Source: a virus. From it: a stretch of 64,000 nucleotides of DNA. The DNA is taken from positions 10,405 through 74,404 of IMG/VR virus record IMGVR_UViG_3300044464_000108, one strand, 5' to 3'. The position numbers and the translations under genes were made by a program. Positions 63,800 through 64,000 of this stretch are shown piece by piece. The first letter of the stretch is position 1. Every line of letters begins with the position of its first letter. Under the pieces are notes generated by a model. That model had not been told where the DNA came from and searched no databases. It was given only the letters and a program-made list of their open reading frames with translations.

Positions 63800-64000
63800 G
63801 AAGCGTTCCCTTCACATCGTGTCGGCAAAGACCCCCATCCCGGCGGGGCTTATCCTTCCGGACCCCGAGCAGGTGAAGATCTCAGAGATCAACTTCGCGA
63901 CGTACAACCCGCGTGTGATGAGCGCGAAGAAGATGAAGCAACTCAAGGCTTCGCTTCTCAAGCACGGGCTCGTCTTGAACCTCGTCATCCAAAAGAAGAA
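63780..64000 (+). CDS. ParB-like N-terminal domain protein (partial, runs off the window)
   Basis: My translation from GTG 63780 gives ...VKISEINFATYNPRVMS...LKASLLKHGLVLNLVIQKK. Confidence 0.75.
   Translation, partial: MKPKSPKKRSLHIVSAKTPIPAGLILPDPEQVKISEINFATYNPRVMSAKKMKQLKASLLKHGLVLNLVIQKK

Noticed and set aside
1-64000. Terminase, integrase, ParA, tRNA and rRNA genes
   Set aside because: No diagnostic motifs were found; any such genes probably lie outside the window.

Overview
A ~64 kb segment of a GC-rich tailed dsDNA phage with a contractile tail (myovirus-like), almost all on the + strand. Gene order: fibre/decoration-like genes (40-3464); papain-like peptidase and lipoprotein; portal; MuF head protein with extra C-terminal domains; scaffold; major capsid; head-tail connectors; sheath; tube; tail chaperone with a likely -1 frameshift; tape measure; baseplate; lysis genes. 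A replication/recombination block follows: ParB, intein-containing SF2 helicase, DnaB, primase, HTH proteins, sigma-like factor, family B polymerase, SSB-like protein, RecA, SbcD/SbcC, resolvase, DNA methyltransferase and a partial ParB-like gene. No terminase, integrase, tRNA, rRNA or CRISPR array was recognised. A Myxococcota-like host is inferred from the RHH protein, the Cys-rich lipoproteins and the high GC. The main unexplained structures are: (1) ten dispersed exact copies of the 20-bp palindrome TCGGAAGATCGATCTTCCGA, with an asymmetric CCT flank and block-wise orientation; (2) two classes of putative -10 boxes 6-8 nt upstream of start codons, implying widespread leaderless transcription; (3) a MuF protein carrying ParB-like and GNAT-like domains, followed by a convergent small gene. 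All calls come from reading sequence motifs by eye; no database searches were run.
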